A stretch of DNA of 64,000 bases, from NCBI GenBank assembly GCA_965246715.1, contig CBDFFH010000046.1, forward strand, positions 1 to 64,000, in the 5' to 3' direction. A model generated the notes under the pieces. That model did no database searches and had not been told where the DNA came from. It saw only the letters and a list, made by a program, of their open reading frames with translations. A program made the position numbers and the translations under genes. This stretch comes from Chamaesiphon sp. Its GTDB lineage: Bacteria; Cyanobacteriota; Cyanobacteriia; Cyanobacteriales; Chamaesiphonaceae. Of this stretch, positions 61,005-64,000 are shown in pieces (position 1 is the first letter of the stretch; each line of letters starts with the position of its first letter).

Positions 61005-61217
61005 ATGATTGACATCGATATGCTCTATCAAGAATTAGAAAGACTCCACAATTTATCTGAAACTTTAATGCGGTCGATCGAGTACCGAGATATGGAGGAG
61101 GCAAACCAGCCGGATTTAGCTTTGGTCAGATATCTAACCGAATCGCTAGCATCTATAGCCCATCGGGTAGCCGCTCAACAAGAAATACCCGCGATCGTTC
61201 CTGATTCGGAGGGATAA
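61005..61217 (+). CDS. small acidic helical protein
   Basis: AGGA ribosome-binding site upstream; 70 aa. Confidence 0.6.
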   Translation: MIDIDMLYQELERLHNLSETLMRSIEYRDMEEANQPDLALVRYLTESLASIAHRVAAQQEIPAIVPDSEG

Positions 61218-61370
61218 GCCTTTTTCTCGACCAGAAACACCGAAACTATAACTTATGCTATGGTCTCTGTGTTTCTGTATATCCGCAAACGGTAATTTCT
61301 GTACAGAATCAGAAGGGCGGAGTTGATAACACACCAATAGAGATTCACTTTCGGTGATAGGTAAACTGAA

Positions 61371-62027
61371 TCACAGTCTTATTCCCAGCGCACGATAATA
61401 TTTTTCGGTTGCTTCCGTACACGATTGTGCGGCTGCGGCTGAGAATGTCCCAGATGCAACTAATTCACTATCGGTTTTGCAACGGCTAGACATTTCATTT
61501 TTCAAAGAAATCTTGTTAATTTGGATGCCAGCTAAACAGATCGCCACAATCGCTAAAACTCCAATCGTTGAGTTACGATCTAATTTGGTGCCAAAAAGCC
61601 GTTGGATATCCTTAAGTGAGCCAGTTGTATTTTTAATCTTGTGCTGAAATTCTTTTTCTGACATCAAATGCCACTGAATTCCTAAGATGATGCCAACTAA
61701 AAAAGGAATATAAGTCCAGCAAAACAGAATTGAAAATATCCCCCAACCCCACAGATCTAGATAGAAAAACTGGATTCCAAATACACCTAGAAAGAAAGCT
61801 AGTAGCGAAGCTGTATTTTTAGACTTGGCAGAACTTGGGATTGCATTAGGATCTGCGAAAATTTTAATCGCTCGGTCGTTTTCGATTCCAAAGTCCACCT
61901 TAATGCCCTGAGCTGGGGATTCTGACAATCCCCAAGCCTCCCCAGTAAATTCGTAGCGGTTGCCATCATCTCCAGAGATAAAGCCTTTATTCTCTTGGAT
62001 CGAAAAGTGTAGAACGGTACCTCTCAT
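61371..62027 (-). CDS. cold-shock-like OB domain + TM2 (NINE) membrane protein
   Basis: MRGTVLHF....NKGFISGDDGNRYEF then KSKNTASLLAFFLGVFGIQFFYL; extra C-terminal TM segment. Confidence 0.72.
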   Translation of the reverse strand: MRGTVLHFSIQENKGFISGDDGNRYEFTGEAWGLSESPAQGIKVDFGIENDRAIKIFADPNAIPSSAKSKNTASLLAFFLGVFGIQFFYLDLWGWGIFSILFCWTYIPFLVGIILGIQWHLMSEKEFQHKIKNTTGSLKDIQRLFGTKLDRNSTIGVLAIVAICLAGIQINKISLKNEMSSRCKTDSELVASGTFSAAAAQSCTEATEKYYRALGIRL

Positions 62028-62145
62028 GGTTTTGTCCAGTAATTTGGTAGTGCGATAGTTACACTAATTATTCCCGTAGGTGCAAGAATAATTAAATAGA
62101 ACAGTTTTCCATGTAAATTACATGGAAAAACTAACCATAGCCAAA

Positions 62146-62430
62146 TTACCCAGATGGCTTCAGCTTCTCGATCGCATCTGCTAATCCTCCCCCCTCCCTC
62201 AATATCCGATCGATCGATTCAACCTTATTCCGAGGAACCGAGCGACACTGAGTGCGCCACTTCCCATCGATTTTTACCTTCCAAGTAAGCTGGTAGTTCC
62301 AGTGGTTGATATTGTCCCTGTCACGCGCCCCGATAACTTTGGGGTATTCCACAATCTCGCCATTTTCCCCCGCGACCTTTTTGACATACTGATGAAGCGA
62401 ACCCGACTGCTGACTCTTGGCTAACTTCAC
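62146..62430 (-). CDS. basic hypothetical protein
   Basis: Probable GTG start overlapping the helicase stop (GTGA at 62427-62430); ORF open to 62475. Confidence 0.55.
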   Translation of the reverse strand: MKLAKSQQSGSLHQYVKKVAGENGEIVEYPKVIGARDRDNINHWNYQLTWKVKIDGKWRTQCRSVPRNKVESIDRILREGGGLADAIEKLKPSG

Positions 62431-63821
62431 GCTGCCATCCCCCGCTGTTGCTCCTGCCAGCGATAGAAAGCCCACCCTGGTTTGTACTTCATCATCTGCG
62501 CGTACTTCGTCCAGATCGTGAGGGGCGGTTTTAGTTCCTCCAATCGAAATCTAATCCAAGCTGGTTTGTAGCCTTTCTCTCCAGCGTGGGCAACCAGATT
62601 CGCATAGATAATATCCCAAGCCCCTTCGCCAGTTACTTCGATGAGTTCTCGATCAAGGGGTAGTGCGTCGGCTAGGGGAATCAGTCGTTCTGGTTTAACT
62701 TTCACCTTCACCTGTCGATCGTCATCAACTTCTAATTCTTGTTTGCTCGGTGGCGTACCTTCAATCTGCCACTGGCGGGGGAAATCCGGTAAGCCATGAG
62801 TCGCCCAACTCTTGGTCATATCGATGATTAATCCGTGGGTTTTGCCCTCAGCTATCCGCAACACTCGCCCACACATTTGCAGGTATCTGGATAGAGATTT
62901 AGTCGGTCTAGCCAGCATCACACACTCCAACGCTGGGATATCTAACCCCTCATCAAATAATCCGACATTGGTTAAAACTTGAATCTTCCCCGCTTTAAAC
63001 CGTTCGAGAGTGCGTTTCCGATGTGCCCAATCGCTTTCTCCATCGAGGTGAGCGGTGGCGATACCTTCGATATTGAAGGTACACGCGATCGATTCTGAGT
63101 GTTCGATATTGATGGCAAATATTACCGTCTGTAAGCCATTGGCATATCGGCGATAACTATTTACCAGATGCCCCGCTACCTCCAAACTATCGTTAACTTG
63201 GGCGAGTTGAGATAGGGAATAGTCCCCACCGATCGATCGCACCCCTTTGACAATCATCGGGTTGGGATCTGCATACATTTTGAATGGGGACAGGTAGCCA
63301 GCCTTGATTAACTCAGCGGTACTCATACCGCACTCCAACACGTCGAACAGGTCATCGAACCCAGTTCCGTCGAGTCTGACTGGGGTAGCTGTCAAGCCGA
63401 GAATCTTCGAGTTGGGGAAGTTGTCTAAAATTGCCCTGTAACTGGCTGCGGTGGTGTGATGAGCTTCATCGATAATGATGAGATCGAAATGTCCCGATCG
63501 ATCTAAACGATTGACCAATGACTGCACCGAAGCCACCTGAACGGGGAAGAGTGGCGTTTCAGGATAACCCGCTTTAATAATCCCGATCCCACACTCGCAC
63601 CAGTGGGAGAGGTGGGAGTAGGCTTGAACTATTAATTCCTCTCGATGCGCCATCAGCAGGACTCTCAAACCTGCCCGTACAAAGTGAGAAGCGATCGCTC
63701 CAAAGATGACGGACTTACCGCCACCCGTGGGGAGTTGGGCGAGGATGCGGCGGTGAGTCTGCCATTGGTAGAAGATGCGACCGATCAGATCTGATTGGTA
63801 GGGTCGGAGGATGGGATTCAT
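62427..63821 (-). CDS. SF2 DEAH-box helicase, phage/RadD-like
   Basis: LRPYQ, PTGGGKS, DEAHH, TAT, EGLDIP, QMCGRVLR; C-terminal GYKPAW/YKPGW repeats. Confidence 0.92.
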   Translation of the reverse strand: MNPILRPYQSDLIGRIFYQWQTHRRILAQLPTGGGKSVIFGAIASHFVRAGLRVLLMAHREELIVQAYSHLSHWCECGIGIIKAGYPETPLFPVQVASVQSLVNRLDRSGHFDLIIIDEAHHTTAASYRAILDNFPNSKILGLTATPVRLDGTGFDDLFDVLECGMSTAELIKAGYLSPFKMYADPNPMIVKGVRSIGGDYSLSQLAQVNDSLEVAGHLVNSYRRYANGLQTVIFAINIEHSESIACTFNIEGIATAHLDGESDWAHRKRTLERFKAGKIQVLTNVGLFDEGLDIPALECVMLARPTKSLSRYLQMCGRVLRIAEGKTHGLIIDMTKSWATHGLPDFPRQWQIEGTPPSKQELEVDDDRQVKVKVKPERLIPLADALPLDRELIEVTGEGAWDIIYANLVAHAGEKGYKPAWIRFRLEELKPPLTIWTKYAQMMKYKPGWAFYRWQEQQRGMAA

Positions 63822-64000
63822 CAGGCTACCTCCAATTCATCGCAGGTGTAGCGACGGACGACTCGATCGGAATCCCAAACCACTGAATACAGATCGAGAT
63901 CGATCGATTCGATAGTCCCCAGATCTAACCCGCGCTCGTGGAAAGAATTAGATGGTTTGACTCGATCGCCAACTTTTAATTTAGAAAGATTCCCTAACTG
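63821..64000 (-). CDS. 3' end of an upstream gene with an SH3/KOW-like tail (partial)
   Basis: Open frame QLGNLSKLKVGDRVKPSNSFHERGLDLGTIESIDLDLYSVVWDSDRVVRRYTCDELEVA*; TGATG overlap with the helicase. Confidence 0.65.
   Translation of the reverse strand, partial: QLGNLSKLKVGDRVKPSNSFHERGLDLGTIESIDLDLYSVVWDSDRVVRRYTCDELEVA

Larger units (their letters stand above)
57675..64000. mobile_element. tRNA-Cys-integrated element, phage-satellite-like (continues past the window)
   Basis: att fragment followed by an abrupt switch from housekeeping genes to phage/plasmid-type ORFs with overlapping start/stop codons. Confidence 0.8.

Overview
Chromosomal window from a cyanobacterium. Evidence: petBD, psaD, CP12, ntcA, ctpA, ftsH3 and very dense HIP1-type CGATCG sites. 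The relaxed HIP1 flanks and the PEP-CTERM tail suggest a Chamaesiphon-like strain, but that is inference. Bases 1-57.6 kb are mostly housekeeping genes (pth, nnr, cmk, panC, prs, speB, murE, rpiA, purK, 6S RNA, hemL, acs, msrA, glyA, fabI). They are interspersed with MITE/REP-type repeats (some nested three deep), one complete IS1-family element, IS4 and IS1634 remnants and several degenerate genes. From about 57.67 kb to the window end lies one end of an element integrated at tRNA-Cys; only the 3' 46 bp of the tRNA are present here, as an att duplication. The element carries two tandem paralogues resembling phage small terminase subunits, a ribbon-helix-helix protein, a cold-shock/TM2 membrane protein and a phage-type SF2 helicase. 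No capsid or large-terminase gene is visible, so it looks like a PICI-like phage satellite. The most unusual signal is a set of seven different 11-bp-period repeat clusters, two of which lie at the same position inside the two terS-like genes. My hypothesis is a library of packaging or DNA-binding sites. Other oddities: panC and cmk separated by one in-frame TAA, an RNase HIII with a broken catalytic motif, an atypical CP12, and a His-less sensor-less kinase. All family assignments come from motif recognition by eye; no searches were run.
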